Below, one piece after another: positions 30,968 through 32,000 of a DNA stretch of 32,000 bases. The stretch covers positions 5,010,001 through 5,042,000 of the forward strand of contig NZ_LN831024.1 of assembly GCF_001457615.1 (NCBI RefSeq). Reading direction: 5' to 3'. A model generated the notes under the pieces. The model saw only the letters and a list, made by a program, of their open reading frames with translations. It was not told where the DNA came from and ran no database searches. Positions within the stretch are counted from its first letter, which is position 1; each line of letters begins with the position of its first letter. This DNA comes from Pseudomonas aeruginosa (GTDB taxonomy: Bacteria > Pseudomonadota > Gammaproteobacteria > Pseudomonadales > Pseudomonadaceae). A program made the translations under genes and the position numbers.

Positions 30968-32000
30968 TCAGCGGGGCTTCTCGAATGGCTTGTCGAAGCT
31001 GATCTTCGGATCCTGCCAGGGGCCCTTGACGCTGTATTGCACGCTGGCGAAGCGCGAGACCCGGTCGCCGAGCAGCTTGTCGACGACGAAGACCGCGCCG
31101 CCGACTGCCGGACCGCCGACTATCAGTGCCGCCAGGGTCAGGTTGTTGGTCAATGGCAAGGTCACCAGCAGCTTGGCGTCGATCCGATCGTGAGCCAGGT
31201 CCAGGGTACCGTTCAACTCCAGGTTGCTCGACGGCCCTTCCAGCTTCAGCGGCTCGCGGGTGACGTAGACGCCGTCGGTGGCGGAGAGAACCCCCTTCAC
31301 CCGGTCATAGCTCAGTCCCTTGCCGAGGATGTCCGAGAAATCCAGGCGCAGCCGGCGGTTGATCGCGTTGAAATTGAGCAGGCCAAACACTCGCAGCGCC
31401 TGGGCGCTGCCTTCGACCTCGACGAACTGCCCCTTGCGCAGCGATGCATCCATGCTGCCGCTGAAGCGCTTCAGGGCCATGTAGGCCGGCGATCCCGGCC
31501 ACTGGCCGTTGATATCCATGCGGAAACGTTCGCTGGTGGCACTCGGCGCGAAATTCCAGGCCTTGAGCACATCCGCCAGGTTCTTGCCCTCGATCCGGCC
31601 CTGATAGGTGCTGCGGGTATTGCCCGGACTGCCGTCCCAACGCAGGCTGCCGTTGACGTGCAGGCCACGCAGGTCGAGGTCCAGGTCGTTGAACGCCACG
31701 CCGTTGCTGCCCGGCCGTACCTTCAGGCTCCAGGCGCCCAGCGGCTGGCCGCCGAGGGCGACCTGGCCGATCTTCACGTCTACCGCCGGCAGGCTGCGCG
31801 GATCGACGGCGGCCAGCGGGTCCGAGTCCTCCACCTTGTTCTCGTCGGGAAGGGTCGACTTCGGCAGGTTCAGGCGGTCCAGATCGACCACGATCGGCGC
31901 GCCCCTGGCATCCGGCAGGACCAGGCGCCCCGATGCGAGGTCGCTGACCAGCACCAGTTGCCAGGCCCGCTCCTGGCGGGCCAGGTCGACGGTCAGGTTC
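30968..32000 (-). CDS. yhdP: YhdP-like AsmA-family large envelope protein, C-terminal ~344 codons; the N-terminus lies beyond the window end
   Basis: The frame is open from the stop at 30968 to the window edge. I translated 31955-31999 manually as NLTVDLARQERAWQL with no stop, so the track start at 31954 (GTG) is internal. The C-terminus reads ...VQYSVKGPWQDPKISFDKPFEKPR. The yhdP-tldD neighbourhood is shared with E. coli. Confidence 0.75.
   Translation of the reverse strand, partial: NLTVDLARQERAWQLVLVSDLASGRLVLPDARGAPIVVDLDRLNLPKSTLPDENKVEDSDPLAAVDPRSLPAVDVKIGQVALGGQPLGAWSLKVRPGSNGVAFNDLDLDLRGLHVNGSLRWDGSPGNTRSTYQGRIEGKNLADVLKAWNFAPSATSERFRMDINGQWPGSPAYMALKRFSGSMDASLRKGQFVEVEGSAQALRVFGLLNFNAINRRLRLDFSDILGKGLSYDRVKGVLSATDGVYVTREPLKLEGPSSNLELNGTLDLAHDRIDAKLLVTLPLTNNLTLAALIVGGPAVGGAVFVVDKLLGDRVSRFASVQYSVKGPWQDPKISFDKPFEKPR

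Overview
This is high-GC (about two-thirds G+C by eye) gamma-proteobacterial core chromosome. Gene order and protein sequences match my memory of Pseudomonas aeruginosa PAO1 PA4440 to PA4476; that is recognition only, no search was run. I call 37 protein-coding loci, left to right. They are a partial alpha/beta hydrolase, yhcB/zapG, cysNC-cysD, mltB1, ybgI (NIF3) and algW. On the minus strand follow hisC-hisD-hisG, murA-ibaG and mlaBCDEF. The block kdsD-kdsC-lptC-lptA-lptB-rpoN-hpf-ptsN-rapZ-ptsO is on the plus strand. Next is the Fur-box-controlled iron-sparing operon fagA-fumC1-orfX-sodM-ZIP transporter, then pmbA, yjgA, tldD, a nitrilase-superfamily gene and the 3' part of a yhdP-like gene. 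I found no tRNA, rRNA, CRISPR array, transposase, integrase, phage gene or composition island. Rho-independent terminators sit where operon boundaries are expected. I do not see a convincing new system; this looks like ordinary housekeeping and envelope-biogenesis DNA. The main anomalies are two reading frames, sodM and the nitrilase-family gene. Each is broken by a single missing base at a C4 run, so they are either real loss-of-function alleles or homopolymer assembly errors. Secondary items are two uncharacterised small proteins (FagA, OrfX) inside the Fur operon. There is also a 419-bp repeat- and palindrome-rich divergent intergenic region between mlaF and kdsD, and a few structured spacers. 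The many long ORFs antisense to real genes are treated as high-GC artefacts.
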